A stretch of DNA of 64,000 nt from Nitrososphaeria archaeon (GTDB taxonomy: Archaea; Thermoproteota; Nitrososphaeria; JACIWG01). The stretch covers positions 32,001 to 96,000 of the forward strand of contig JBEKIG010000015.1 of the NCBI GenBank assembly GCA_050011875.1, written 5' to 3'. The notes beneath the pieces are model-generated. The model had not been told where the DNA came from, did not search any database, and saw only the letters and a program-made list of their open reading frames with translations. This document shows, in pieces, positions 1 to 9,716 of the stretch (position 1 is its first letter; each line of letters opens with the position of its first letter). The translations under genes were made by a program, and so were the position numbers.

Positions 1-780
1 CTTAGCTTTCTTATTCGATTTTGTAGCCTCCCTTATCATTGGCTCAATTTTCCTTATTCCCTCTACGTTGACGTCTTCTAGATTAAAGTTTTTGTGGTAC
101 AGGAAATTGGCTAGTATTACTACCTTTCTCGCTGCATCGACGCCGTCGACATCATCGGCGTAGTTTACTTCAGCCCATCCCGCTTTAATGGCGGCGTCGA
201 GAGCTCCGTTGAAGCTTTTACCTGATTCTATTTCACCTATTATAAAGTTTGTTGTAGCGTTTAATATGCCTTCAACCTTTAAAACTTCGTCGGCTATAAA
301 ACAAGAGCTTAGAAGACAAAACACCGGAACATGGACGGCGACTGTCGCCTCGTAAAGAAGTTTAACATCTTTATCTTTGGCCTTTTGAACAAGTTCATTA
401 AAAGCGACTACTAGAGGACCCTTATTTGCTGTAACAACATTCTTTCTAGAAGATAAGGCGGCTTTGATGTGCGAGAGACCTGGTTCACCGGTAGGAGTTG
501 AAGCAGTCAATTCGACTACAACATCACTTTCGATACCTTTTATGGCATCGAGAGCGGTCGACCCTTTTTCATATTTCTTAAAACCAGCCCATCCTACCTT
601 CTTGTACTTCAAAACTTCATTTAGATCAAGACCACGTTCATCTACTGCAGAGCCCCCTGAGTCAGAAATCGAAACAAATTGCAAATTAAAACCAAGTGAC
701 TTCAGATGTTCATCTTCTTTTGCAATCAACTGAATCAGGCTTCTTCCGACATTGCCTAAACCTATAACCTGCACTTTCAT
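1..780 (-). CDS. hom: Homoserine dehydrogenase (runs off the left edge; not in ORF track)
   Basis: Manual translation from ATG at 780: MKVQVIGLGNVG (Rossmann fold), VVTANKGP, YEATV, GILNATTNFI, DVDGVDAARK motifs. Confidence 0.88.
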   Translation of the reverse strand, partial: MKVQVIGLGNVGRSLIQLIAKEDEHLKSLGFNLQFVSISDSGGSAVDERGLDLNEVLKYKKVGWAGFKKYEKGSTALDAIKGIESDVVVELTASTPTGEPGLSHIKAALSSRKNVVTANKGPLVVAFNELVQKAKDKDVKLLYEATVAVHVPVFCLLSSCFIADEVLKVEGILNATTNFIIGEIESGKSFNGALDAAIKAGWAEVNYADDVDGVDAARKVVILANFLYHKNFNLEDVNVEGIRKIEPMIREATKSNKKAK

Positions 781-862
781 GTATTTAGCATCATCATCTC
801 CAATATTTTAAATTTGATAAAACGAGTTCAGACCCATGTGACATAGGCGTTGAAGAAGGAAT

Positions 863-950
863 TGGTGCAGGGAGTGGGATTTGAACCCACGAACCCCTAC
901 GGGATGAGGTCCTAAGCCTCACGCCATTGACCAGGCTAGGCGACCCCTGC
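863..950 (-). tRNA. tRNA-Leu(TAG), CCA encoded
   Basis: Cloverleaf GCAGGGG...CCCTGCA-CCA, anticodon arm TGAGG-CT TAG GA-CCTCA, long variable arm, GTTCAAATC T-loop. Confidence 0.95.
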
Positions 951-1061
951 TTCCTTTCTTAGTTTTGAAGAATGGTTTTTTTAAACCTATTCCTTACTTA
1001 GCATGGGAAACGTTTACTATCTGTCTCAACCATATATCACTATACGAAAACTCTTTTTATC

Positions 1062-1123
1062 TCAGTTGAGATGCATTTCGTCACAGGGCGTGTCCTACCC
1101 TCAGTGCAGATTAGTCTCATCAC
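1062..1123 (-). ncRNA. Box C/D sRNA
   Basis: Minus strand reads C GTGATGA - 12 nt - D' CTGA - hairpin - C' GTGACGA - 12 nt - D CTGA, the canonical archaeal spacing. Confidence 0.8.
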
Positions 1124-1161
1124 GCTCTGCCTTTAGCTTGAGACCACTATTTTTCCTTTTC

Positions 1162-2100
1162 CTATGGGAAACCTACGTTAAGAATCGAAGCCAAAAGTGC
1201 CGCACGCAAAATTTTTCCGTTAAGCATCTGTTTAAAGTATTTTGCATGCGGAGAGCCGTCGACTTCGGGAGATATTTCATCCACTCTAGGTAATGGATGT
1301 AACAGTATTAGATCCTCCTTTGCTTTCTGGAGCATTTTAAGATCTACAAAATAGGAACTTCTTAGGCGTTCGTACTCCGCAAGATCAGGGAAACGTTCTT
1401 TCTGAATTCTAGTTACATAGAGGACGTCAAGGTCGGGCAAGACTTCTTCCACATTCTCGTGTTCAGAGATCTTCATTTTTCTTTCAAGATCGAAGAGTAT
1501 CTCTCTTCTAACCCTCAGAATAGGATGAGATATCAGCTTAACTTCTACATCGAACATAGAGAGGCCGTATAGAAGCGAGTGGACCGTCCTACCATATTTT
1601 AGGTCACCAAACAACCCAATCTTCAAACCGTCAATGGAACCCTTCTCCTTGATTATTGTATAGAGGTCTAGCATAGCCTGAGTTGGATGCTCTTCCGTAC
1701 CACTGCCACCATTAATTACAGGTTTTTTGGCAACTTCAGCAGCGAAACTGGCAGCACCATCCTTAGAATGCCGCATTACTATGACATCAACGTAATTTTC
1801 TACCGTCCTGATCGTGTCAGCGAGGTTTTCACCCTTTTCTACAGAAGAGATTTTGGGTTCTGCAAAGCCTAATGCGCCACCGCCAAGCCATAGCATAGCT
1901 GCTTCAAAACTTAACCTAGTCCGAGTGCTTGGCTCAAAAAAAAGATATCCGAGGATTTTACCGTCAAGAAGATGCATTCTAACATCGTTAGGCATCTTCT
2001 CTATCTGGTCAGCCTTCTTGAAAAGATATAGCAAATCTTTTCTAGAAAAGTCCTTAATCGATATCACGTCTTTGCCTTTAAATGGATTAATTTTAGCCAT
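1162..2100 (-). CDS. pyrB: Aspartate carbamoyltransferase catalytic subunit
   Basis: FFEPSTRTR, HPTQ, RIQKER, HPLPR motifs; start moved to MAKINP because the longer ORF overlaps pyrI. Confidence 0.96.
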   Translation of the reverse strand: MAKINPFKGKDVISIKDFSRKDLLYLFKKADQIEKMPNDVRMHLLDGKILGYLFFEPSTRTRLSFEAAMLWLGGGALGFAEPKISSVEKGENLADTIRTVENYVDVIVMRHSKDGAASFAAEVAKKPVINGGSGTEEHPTQAMLDLYTIIKEKGSIDGLKIGLFGDLKYGRTVHSLLYGLSMFDVEVKLISHPILRVRREILFDLERKMKISEHENVEEVLPDLDVLYVTRIQKERFPDLAEYERLRSSYFVDLKMLQKAKEDLILLHPLPRVDEISPEVDGSPHAKYFKQMLNGKILRAALLASILNVGFP

Positions 2101-2167
2101 CTCCAACAAGATACGACAAGTTAAAATAAAAGTATATGGGCTGATTACGAGTACATAAGGGAGCGGA

Positions 2168-2623
2168 ATGTCCGAAAAGGAACTTATCGTGCAGAAGATA
2201 TTAGAGGGGACAGTGATAGACCATATAGAAGCTGGAAAAGCATTACACGTGCTATCTATACTTGGAATCAGTGGTTCTGAGGGAAAAGTCATAACGATAG
2301 CTATTAATGTGCCCAGCAAGAAACTTGGTAAGAAAGATATTATAAAAATCGAGAATATTTATTTGTCGCCAGAGACTACAAACAAAATTTCGCTGGTAAC
2401 TCCTCATGCAACGGTTAATATTATTAAAAATTATAGGGTTGTCGAAAAAAGGGCGCTTGAGTTGCCTGAAGAATTTATTGGAATGTTCAAGTGCCCTAAC
2501 CTAAATTGCATCACAAATTCAGGTGAAAATATTGAAACCAAATTTTATTTGCCTTCAAAGGATCCACCATTACTAAGATGTAAATACTGTGGCAGAATAT
2601 ATTCGCCAAACGAGATGATATAA
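2168..2623 (+). CDS. pyrI: Aspartate carbamoyltransferase regulatory subunit
   Basis: GTVIDHI, KKDIIKIE, CPNxxCIT and RCxYC Zn ligands. Confidence 0.96.
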   Translation: MSEKELIVQKILEGTVIDHIEAGKALHVLSILGISGSEGKVITIAINVPSKKLGKKDIIKIENIYLSPETTNKISLVTPHATVNIIKNYRVVEKRALELPEEFIGMFKCPNLNCITNSGENIETKFYLPSKDPPLLRCKYCGRIYSPNEMI

Positions 2624-2680
2624 CAAATTGAAAAAGCTACTAGATGACAAACGTATCGAAAAATAAAAATGTGATGAAAT

Positions 2681-3343
2681 ATGGAGATAAATATTTTAGA
2701 CGTATATAGGTCAAGTAATATTGGAGTGTTCCTTAAATGTAACGAAAAAGCTATTTTGGTACCAAAAGGGTTAGCTCCGACTAAAGAGGATAAACTTTCT
2801 TCATCCGTTAAAGTCCCTTGTGTTCACACGTCGATAGATGGTTTGAGGATCATTGGCCCTCTAACTGCTATGAACAGCAGCGGTATACTTGTATCCCGGT
2901 TTATAGAAGAAGACGAACTCAAGAGTTTAAAGACTGAGACAGGCATGAATGTCGAACGTTTTCCTTCAAACTACAACGCAGTAGGAAACCTAGTCGCTGT
3001 AAACGACTTCGGTGGAGTAGCGTCAAACCTCCTTTCTACGACCCACGTTAAGCTGATCCAAGATGTGCTAGGCGTGCCTGTTGAACGCATGAATATAGCT
3101 GGGTATTTAACAGTAGGATCCCTTATTTTTTGTACAAACGCTGGAACACTAGTACACCCTCTTACCTCGGAGAAGGAAATTCAAGAGATAAAATCGATTC
3201 TCAAAACGGACGTGATCCCTTGCACTATAAATAACGGCGTGCCCTTTGTTTCCTCAGGAATACTTGGAAACTCAAAAGGAATAATTGTTGGAAGCTTAAC
3301 AAATGGGACGGAATTACTGAACCTATCAGCGACATTCAAATAG
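2681..3343 (+). CDS. eif6: Translation initiation factor 6 (aIF6)
   Basis: SNIGVF, GNLVAVND, LVHP, TINxGVPFV; upstream of prefoldin/ftsY as usual in archaea. Confidence 0.93.
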   Translation: MEINILDVYRSSNIGVFLKCNEKAILVPKGLAPTKEDKLSSSVKVPCVHTSIDGLRIIGPLTAMNSSGILVSRFIEEDELKSLKTETGMNVERFPSNYNAVGNLVAVNDFGGVASNLLSTTHVKLIQDVLGVPVERMNIAGYLTVGSLIFCTNAGTLVHPLTSEKEIQEIKSILKTDVIPCTINNGVPFVSSGILGNSKGIIVGSLTNGTELLNLSATFK

Positions 3344-3396
3344 GGATAATTGAAAACACTTTTAACCTACATTTTTGAACTACATTTGCACAGGAT

Positions 3397-3825
3397 ATGA
3401 GTATTAAAGACGAAGACCAAGACCTTCAGACAAAAGTAATGCAGATAAGATATCTTGAAGAATATTTAGAGGATCTGTCAAACAGGGAGAATGTCGCCAT
3501 GTCTACTTTGAATGATGTTCAGAACGCGGAAGACACGATCGAGGAATTAACGAAAGGGAAAAATCTTGAATCGATGGTGTATATAGGTGGAGGAATGTAT
3601 GCACCAAGCACTATGGATGTTACAGAAAAAGTGCTTGTGAATGTAGGCCAAAACATAGTGATAGAGAAAAAACTTGAAAATGCTCAAATATTTTTACAGG
3701 AAAAAAAGAGCGAAATTAAGAATGCTTTAAATGAATTAGGCCAGCAGAAACAACAGGCAGCCTACACACTTCAAAGATTAAGGGAAAACGTAGAAGGCAC
3801 AATAAGGAAAAGACAAAGTGGATAG
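3397..3825 (+). CDS. pfdA: Prefoldin subunit alpha
   Basis: Coiled coil - IGGGMY...VLVNVG..IVIEK beta hairpins - coiled coil; synteny. Confidence 0.9.
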   Translation: MSIKDEDQDLQTKVMQIRYLEEYLEDLSNRENVAMSTLNDVQNAEDTIEELTKGKNLESMVYIGGGMYAPSTMDVTEKVLVNVGQNIVIEKKLENAQIFLQEKKSEIKNALNELGQQKQQAAYTLQRLRENVEGTIRKRQSG

Positions 3826-3828
3826 ACT

Positions 3829-4737
3829 TTGTTCGAGAAGCTAAAGAACACTTTTTCGGCAATAGTTTCAACTCTTTCTACAAAAGAACTTAACGCTAAA
3901 GACCTTGATCCTATACTGAATGAACTAGTATTATCTCTCCTCGAATGCGATGTCGCATACGAAGTAGCAGAAGAAATAGTCAAGAACCTTAAAAGCAAGA
4001 TTGTCGGGAAAAAGGTTCCGTCTTCTGAAGTAAAGAGATTCGTTCAAGATAGCCTAAAACAGTCGATTCTAGAAATTTTTAAAGAAATCCCCAAAATAGA
4101 TTTAGTTAAAAAGGCAGAAGCCATGAAGGAAGGTGGAACCCCATTTGTAATACTTTTCCTAGGCATAAATGGGACAGGTAAGACAACCACACTTTCTAAA
4201 GTCGCTAATCTTTTAAAGAAAAAAGGATTTTCTTTAGTTATAGTCTGTGGGGACACCCACCGAGCCGGTTCAATAGAACAATTGAAGGAACATGCTAGCA
4301 GGTTGGGTGTTAGAACAATAGAACAAAGATACGGTGCTGACCCGGCTGCTGTGTCAAGGGATGGTGTGATATATGCCAAGACACATAAAATAGATGTCGT
4401 GTTGATAGATTCCGCTGGAAGAATACAGACAGATAAAAACCTAATGGAAGAAATCTTGAAGATCGTTAGAGTGGTCAACCCAGATCTAAAGATTTTTGTC
4501 GGGGATTCTTTAGCAGGGAACGACGCTGTCTCTCAAAGCAAAGAGTTTCTCAAATACACAAATTTCGATGGCGTAATTCTAACTAAAACAGATGCAGATA
4601 CTAAAGGGGGAAGTGCGATTTCAATAGTTTATGCCACAAAGAAACCAATTCTTTATATTGGGACAGGGCAGGGCTACGATGATCTCAAAGAATTCGTTCC
4701 TGAAAAGATTGTAGATTTACTTTTTACATCCAGTTAA
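3829..4737 (+). CDS. ftsY: SRP receptor FtsY
   Basis: GINGTGKTTT, DTHRAG, DSAGR, TKxDADxKGG, IGTGQ. Confidence 0.96.
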   Translation: MFEKLKNTFSAIVSTLSTKELNAKDLDPILNELVLSLLECDVAYEVAEEIVKNLKSKIVGKKVPSSEVKRFVQDSLKQSILEIFKEIPKIDLVKKAEAMKEGGTPFVILFLGINGTGKTTTLSKVANLLKKKGFSLVIVCGDTHRAGSIEQLKEHASRLGVRTIEQRYGADPAAVSRDGVIYAKTHKIDVVLIDSAGRIQTDKNLMEEILKIVRVVNPDLKIFVGDSLAGNDAVSQSKEFLKYTNFDGVILTKTDADTKGGSAISIVYATKKPILYIGTGQGYDDLKEFVPEKIVDLLFTSS

Positions 4738-4767
4738 AGGCTTTTAAATTTCTAGAAAGAGGTATAT

Positions 4768-5727
4768 GTGAATAAAATGATTAAAGGTAAATCTCTACTT
4801 TCTCTAATGGAGCTTGACGCTAAAGAAGTTTTTGAAATTATAGAACTTTCAGAAAAGTTGAAGGAAAAGAGAAAAAATGGGGTTTATCCGCCTTTGCTGA
4901 ACAATATAACTTTAGCTTCGATATTCATGAAACCAAGCACAAGGACAAGGATAAGCTTCAATGAGGCAATGTACGAACTTGGAGGACACTGCATCGACCT
5001 GACATCAAATGAGCTCCAGCTGGGAAGGGGAGAAACGATCGAAGATACCGCAAGAGTCCTTTCTCGCTACGTTGAAGTTATTGCAGCGAGAGTCTTCGAA
5101 CATGATGACGTTATGAAATTATCTCAAGCGGCGACGGTTCCGGTAATAAATAGCCTCTCTGACCTCTATCATCCCTGTCAGATATTAGCTGATCTGCAGA
5201 CAATAAAAGAAAAAAAAGGAAGACTGCAGGGTCTAAAATTATCGTACGTAGGCGACGGCAACAATGTCTGTAACACCCTATTCATAGGGGGAGCGCTTGC
5301 AGGGATGAATGTTTACGCTGCATGCCCACCTAACTTCAAGCCATGTAAGGATGCTGTTGAATTCGCTCAAAAAACTGCTGAAAAATCTAAGAATAAGATA
5401 GCGGTATTAGATGACCCTAAGGAGGTGGTAAAGGATGCAGACATCGTTTATACAGACACGTTCGTCTCTATGGGCTCGGAAAAAGAGATGGAAGAAAGAC
5501 TTAAGGTATTTCTACCTAAGTATCAGGTTAACAGAAAGCTTGTCAGGAATGCCAAGGACGATTTTATATTCATGCACTGTCTTCCTGCGCACAGGAACCA
5601 AGAGGTAACGGACGAGGTAATAGACGGTGAAAATTCGGTCGTCCTCGATGAAGCGGAGAATAGGCTTCACGTACAAAAGGCAATAATATGCCTTCTACTC
5701 TTACAAGAAAGTGCAATCAAGTTTTGA
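4768..5727 (+). CDS. argF: Ornithine carbamoyltransferase
   Basis: STRTR, HPCQ, SMG, FMHCLP, AENRLH motifs. Confidence 0.95.
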   Translation: MNKMIKGKSLLSLMELDAKEVFEIIELSEKLKEKRKNGVYPPLLNNITLASIFMKPSTRTRISFNEAMYELGGHCIDLTSNELQLGRGETIEDTARVLSRYVEVIAARVFEHDDVMKLSQAATVPVINSLSDLYHPCQILADLQTIKEKKGRLQGLKLSYVGDGNNVCNTLFIGGALAGMNVYAACPPNFKPCKDAVEFAQKTAEKSKNKIAVLDDPKEVVKDADIVYTDTFVSMGSEKEMEERLKVFLPKYQVNRKLVRNAKDDFIFMHCLPAHRNQEVTDEVIDGENSVVLDEAENRLHVQKAIICLLLLQESAIKF

Positions 5728-6545
5728 AGATAAACTTCATAGCATCGACCACAGATCCCGCAGGAGTAAATATAGCCCAAAAGGTTTCAGAAGAATTCCA
5801 GCTTGAGGAAACAGGAGAAGAATTTTGTGGAAAAGCAGTTTTAGAAAAAGGAGATTTTAGGCTACTGCAAATTAACGTTGAAAGCATCTTCTTAGATCAA
5901 ATCGCTCTACCTTACGAATCAGATCTTATAATCATGTTGACAAAACATCAGAGCGAAAAAAAAGTGAATTCTTTGACCGTGCATCCTACAGGAAACCTAC
6001 AAAATGAGGCAATACTAGGAGGGAAACCTAAACACGTATCATATACAAATCCATGGTATATGTCAGAATATTATCGCAATCTGACAGAGCTATATCAGAC
6101 ACCAGAAAAGGACAGCATAATGTTATCGATGGAAGTAACACATCATGGTCCCACAGAAAATAATAGACCGCTCTTCTTCGTTGAAATAGGAAGCGACGAA
6201 GAAAGATGGAATAACAAGTTTTTAGGAGAGATGGTCGCAAGAGCTCTATTCAAAACTCTAACAGAAGAGCCTAAGAAAGTTGACGCCTTTGTTGGATTCG
6301 GAGGTGGACATTATGCGACGGCCTTCTCGAACTATTTGAAGAAAGAGCGCATAGCAATAGGTCATATTGTTCCAAAGTACGCCTTACTCGAAAACCTTGA
6401 TGAGCAGCTATTACTTTCGTTATTTGAGAGAAGCTTACTAAATAAACCTAAGGCACTCGTCGACAAAAAGGGACTCTCATCAAAACAGTACAGGAGTCTA
6501 CAAGACTTCTTTGACAGATATTCAATAGAAGCTTTAAAGATATAA
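5724..6545 (+). CDS. dtdA: D-aminoacyl-tRNA deacylase (archaeal DTD2 type)
   Basis: LTVHPTGN, EVTHHGPT, FVEIGS, GGGHYA; TTG start overlapping the argF stop. Confidence 0.9.
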   Translation: MKINFIASTTDPAGVNIAQKVSEEFQLEETGEEFCGKAVLEKGDFRLLQINVESIFLDQIALPYESDLIIMLTKHQSEKKVNSLTVHPTGNLQNEAILGGKPKHVSYTNPWYMSEYYRNLTELYQTPEKDSIMLSMEVTHHGPTENNRPLFFVEIGSDEERWNNKFLGEMVARALFKTLTEEPKKVDAFVGFGGGHYATAFSNYLKKERIAIGHIVPKYALLENLDEQLLLSLFERSLLNKPKALVDKKGLSSKQYRSLQDFFDRYSIEALKI

Positions 6546-6583
6546 TAATATGTAAAAGAAGGGTTTTATGAGCTATGATTTAA

Positions 6584-6760
6584 ATGGGCTTAAGAAGCAC
6601 CCTAAAGTCGTATGCCAGCACATTAAGGCTGACCAAGAAGACTACCTATGCAGAGTTTAAACTCTACCTTAAATTGGTTTTATTGGGCATGGGAGTAGTT
6701 GGTGGAATCGGTTTTATAATTAAGGTCATAGCGAGTTTTATCACACTAGGAAAGGTGTAG
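6584..6760 (+). CDS. secE: Protein translocase subunit SecE/Sec61-gamma (not in ORF track)
   Basis: 58 aa MGLRSTLKSYASTLRLTKKTTYAEFKLYLKLVLLGMGVVGGIGFII; directly upstream of spt5. Confidence 0.9.
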   Translation: MGLRSTLKSYASTLRLTKKTTYAEFKLYLKLVLLGMGVVGGIGFIIKVIASFITLGKV

Positions 6761-6769
6761 AGCTGATAT

Positions 6770-7213
6770 ATGCAAAATCAATTTTTTGCTATAAGAACGA
6801 CCGGAGGACAAGAAGAGAATACGGCAAACTTCATCTACAGGAATTCTATTTTAAACAAGATCCAAACCTATAGCATAGTATACCTTACCTCTCAGAAAGG
6901 GTATTTAATAATCGAATCCAAAAGTGGGCAGGATGCTAGAGAAGCTATTTCGGGTATTAAACATGTTAAGGAACTAGTTCCAGGGCTTCTCAAAATAGAA
7001 GATTTTGAGAAACTACTGATAAAGAAGCCTGCTATAACAGAATATACCATTGGAGAAGTTATAGACATCGTTATGGGGCCATTCAAAGGGATGAAAGCTA
7101 AAATCACAAAAATTGACTTATCAAAAATGGAGGTAACCGTTATGCTTTTAGACGCCCCTTACCCACTGTCTTTGACGGTAGATTCAAGCTACTTAAAGTC
7201 TTCAAAAAGATAG
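6770..7213 (+). CDS. spt5: Transcription elongation factor Spt5/NusG
   Basis: FAIRTTGGQE, KGYLIIE, KOW motif GPFKG. Confidence 0.94.
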   Translation: MQNQFFAIRTTGGQEENTANFIYRNSILNKIQTYSIVYLTSQKGYLIIESKSGQDAREAISGIKHVKELVPGLLKIEDFEKLLIKKPAITEYTIGEVIDIVMGPFKGMKAKITKIDLSKMEVTVMLLDAPYPLSLTVDSSYLKSSKR

Positions 7214-7222
7214 GTGAGAGAA

Positions 7223-7729
7223 ATGAGTGAAAAGAAAGTCGTTAATGTGTTGATAACAGGAGGGGAAGCTAATGCAGGCCCTCCATTAGGGCCCGCGCTT
7301 GGCCCTCTGGGCGTAAACGTTGTTGCTATAGTCAAGGAAATCAATGATATTACAAAGGAGTATGCTGGTATGCGGGTACCTGTATTTGTTGAAGTAGATA
7401 CTGAAACTAAAGCTTTCAGCATAAGAGTGGGTATACCAACCCTATCAGCTTTATTGGTGAAGGAAGCGGGAATACCTAAGGGTGCGGGCACGTCAGGAAA
7501 GGACTACGTCGGAAACATTTCATTTGAACAGCTTATCAAAGTTGCTAAAATCTGTATACAGAAATCCTATTCGGCAACAACGAGGTCGGCTGTTTGTGAA
7601 GTTTTAGGATCATGTGTAAGTATGGGCCTAAAAGTTGATGATAAACCACCAAAGCAAGTTTTAGATGAGGTAAAGAAGGGACTCTACGACGAAAAACTGA
7701 AGGAAGAGAACGGGAAAACAAAATCTTAA
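7223..7729 (+). CDS. rpl11: 50S ribosomal protein uL11
   Basis: GPPLGPALGPLG, GSCVSMG. Confidence 0.96.
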   Translation: MSEKKVVNVLITGGEANAGPPLGPALGPLGVNVVAIVKEINDITKEYAGMRVPVFVEVDTETKAFSIRVGIPTLSALLVKEAGIPKGAGTSGKDYVGNISFEQLIKVAKICIQKSYSATTRSAVCEVLGSCVSMGLKVDDKPPKQVLDEVKKGLYDEKLKEENGKTKS

Positions 7730-7766
7730 AAAGACGCATTTTTAGATTAGATGTCCGTGAGTTGCA

Positions 7767-8426
7767 TTGCTTACCAAAAATCAAATTATATCATTGGTTA
7801 AGACTGTAAGAAGTAATACGGTTAAACGAAATTTTCTACAGTCTTTTGAAACAGTAATTACACTTAAAGATATCGACTTCAAGAAGCAGAACATAACAAT
7901 AAATGAAGTAGTACAACTTCCTTATTATTCCGGCAACCAAGCCAAGATCTGCTTTATCTGCGGAGGAGATTTAGCGCTTAGAGCAAGAAGAGCTGGAGTA
8001 GATCTTGTCGTAGAACCAGAGCAGTTGGATAGACTTCAAGGTAATAAGAAGGAGGCTAAACGTCTGTCCAAAGAATATGATTTCTTCTTCGCTGATCCAG
8101 CTATGATGGCTAGAATCGGTAAAGCCCTTGGCCAGTATTTGGGCCCAGGTGGCAAGATGCCCACACCGGTGCCCTCTACAGCACCTATAGAGAACCTTAT
8201 AGCAAGATTCAGATCTTCGGTGAGAGCAAGAACTAGAGGCCAGCTTTCTGTAGCATCAAAGGTAGGCGTTGAAGAACTTCCTGATGATCAAGTTGCGGAA
8301 AATATACTTGCAGTCTACAGCGCCATTGAAAAAAAATTGCCACAAGGTGAGAAGAACACTAAGAAGATTTTCGTAAAGCTCACAATGTCTAAACCTCAAA
8401 ACATGTTGGTGGGTGTTAGGGAATGA
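7767..8426 (+). CDS. rpl1: 50S ribosomal protein uL1
   Basis: KRNFxQS, LGPxGKMP, VKLTMS. Confidence 0.95.
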   Translation: MLTKNQIISLVKTVRSNTVKRNFLQSFETVITLKDIDFKKQNITINEVVQLPYYSGNQAKICFICGGDLALRARRAGVDLVVEPEQLDRLQGNKKEAKRLSKEYDFFFADPAMMARIGKALGQYLGPGGKMPTPVPSTAPIENLIARFRSSVRARTRGQLSVASKVGVEELPDDQVAENILAVYSAIEKKLPQGEKNTKKIFVKLTMSKPQNMLVGVRE

Positions 8427-9286
8427 GTAAGAGGACAAAATATCCAGCTAAGAAGGAGCAACTGTTCACCAAGATCTCTTCACTTTCAAAACAGTACAGG
8501 TATTTATGCTTGGCAAAACTTGAGAAAGTCCGATCAGTACAGCTTATGATGCTTAGGAAGATACTTAGAGAAGAGGCAAAGTTCATAGTCATAAAGAACA
8601 GGGTTACTCTAAAAGCCTTAGAGAACACGAAACTCACCGGAATTAAAAAGATCAGCAGCAAATTTTCTGGACAAATATTATTAATATTCACTGACCAGAA
8701 CCCATTCAATTTATCTATTTTTTTGGCTAAGAATAAAATATCCTTACCTGCAAAGGCAGGTGATGTAGCAACTGAAGAGATTCTTGTTCCGGCTGGTAAT
8801 ACAGGATTAGCTCCTGGTCCAGTTCTAAGCGAATTTAAAGAAGCAAGTGTTGCAACTAAGATTGACGGCGGCAGTATCTGGATTGCAAATGATACAGTAG
8901 TTGCAAGGAGGGGAGATATAATATCACCTAAGTTGGCAGGATTACTAAACAGATTGAATATAAAGCCGATAAAGGCTGGTCTTTCGATCTCCTACGCCCT
9001 CATAGATGATATCGTTGTTAGCGATAATGAACTAGCATTAGACGTGGACAAGTTTAGGAATGATATAGTATCAGCTTATGCTTCTGCAAAGAACATATCA
9101 GTAAATTCAAACTACTACACTAGAGAAACTATTGGAGAAAGTTTAGCTAAGGCCTATTTAGAAGCACAGAATCTTGCAATAAATTCGGATTACATATCAG
9201 AAGATGATGTAAAACAGTTGTTATCGAAGTATCAACTAAAGGCGATAACAATATATGATATTCTAAAGGAAAAAGGATTCAATTAG
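8423..9286 (+). CDS. rpl10: 50S ribosomal protein uL10 (P0)
   Basis: KNRV, PAKAGDVA, PAGNTGLAPGP, KIDGGSIWI. Confidence 0.95.
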   Translation: MSKRTKYPAKKEQLFTKISSLSKQYRYLCLAKLEKVRSVQLMMLRKILREEAKFIVIKNRVTLKALENTKLTGIKKISSKFSGQILLIFTDQNPFNLSIFLAKNKISLPAKAGDVATEEILVPAGNTGLAPGPVLSEFKEASVATKIDGGSIWIANDTVVARRGDIISPKLAGLLNRLNIKPIKAGLSISYALIDDIVVSDNELALDVDKFRNDIVSAYASAKNISVNSNYYTRETIGESLAKAYLEAQNLAINSDYISEDDVKQLLSKYQLKAITIYDILKEKGFN

Positions 9287-9291
9287 AGGGA

Positions 9292-9591
9292 TTAACCAAA
9301 TAACGAAGCTAAGCCTTCTACTGCTTCTTCTTGTTTTACTTCCTTCTTCTCTTCTTTCTTTTCTTCCTTCTTTTCCTCTTTCCTTTCTGCAGGTGCAGCT
9401 ACTACAGGAGCGACAACCGTAGCGGCTTTAAGCGCTTCATCTATGTTAACTTCCCCTAGTGCAGCAATAAGTGCCTTCACCTTTACAGGATTTGGTTCGA
9501 CGCCTGCAGCCGAAATCACTTTAGAAACATTCTCCTCATTTACTTCTTTATCCAACTTGTGCAATATTAATGCAGCATAAATGTACTCCAT
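9292..9591 (-). CDS. rpl12: 50S ribosomal stalk protein P1/L12
   Basis: [17 protein letters not shown] linker, GLASLFG C-terminus; oriented opposite to rpl10. Confidence 0.96.
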   Translation of the reverse strand: MEYIYAALILHKLDKEVNEENVSKVISAAGVEPNPVKVKALIAALGEVNIDEALKAATVVAPVVAAPAERKEEKKEEKKEEKKEVKQEEAVEGLASLFG

Positions 9592-9716
9592 CTTTATTCA
9601 GCTCTGCATAACTGCTAATTTATCCACTATTTAAAATATTTCCTTTTTATCTATTTCACCACCATAAATCAAAAGAGAAAAGACTATATTCGCTCCTTTA
9701 GGTGGGTATTATTATA

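Noticed and set aside
3823-7222. Genome-wide TAG recoding (pfdA-ftsY and spt5-rpl11 are in frame across TAG)
   Set aside because: Many complete proteins end at TAG at their expected C-termini (pyrB, aIF6, alaS, dnaG); in-frame spacing is expected by chance one time in three.
9328-9392. TTC/CTT-rich low-complexity repeat
   Set aside because: Encodes the normal EEKK acidic linker of rpl12.
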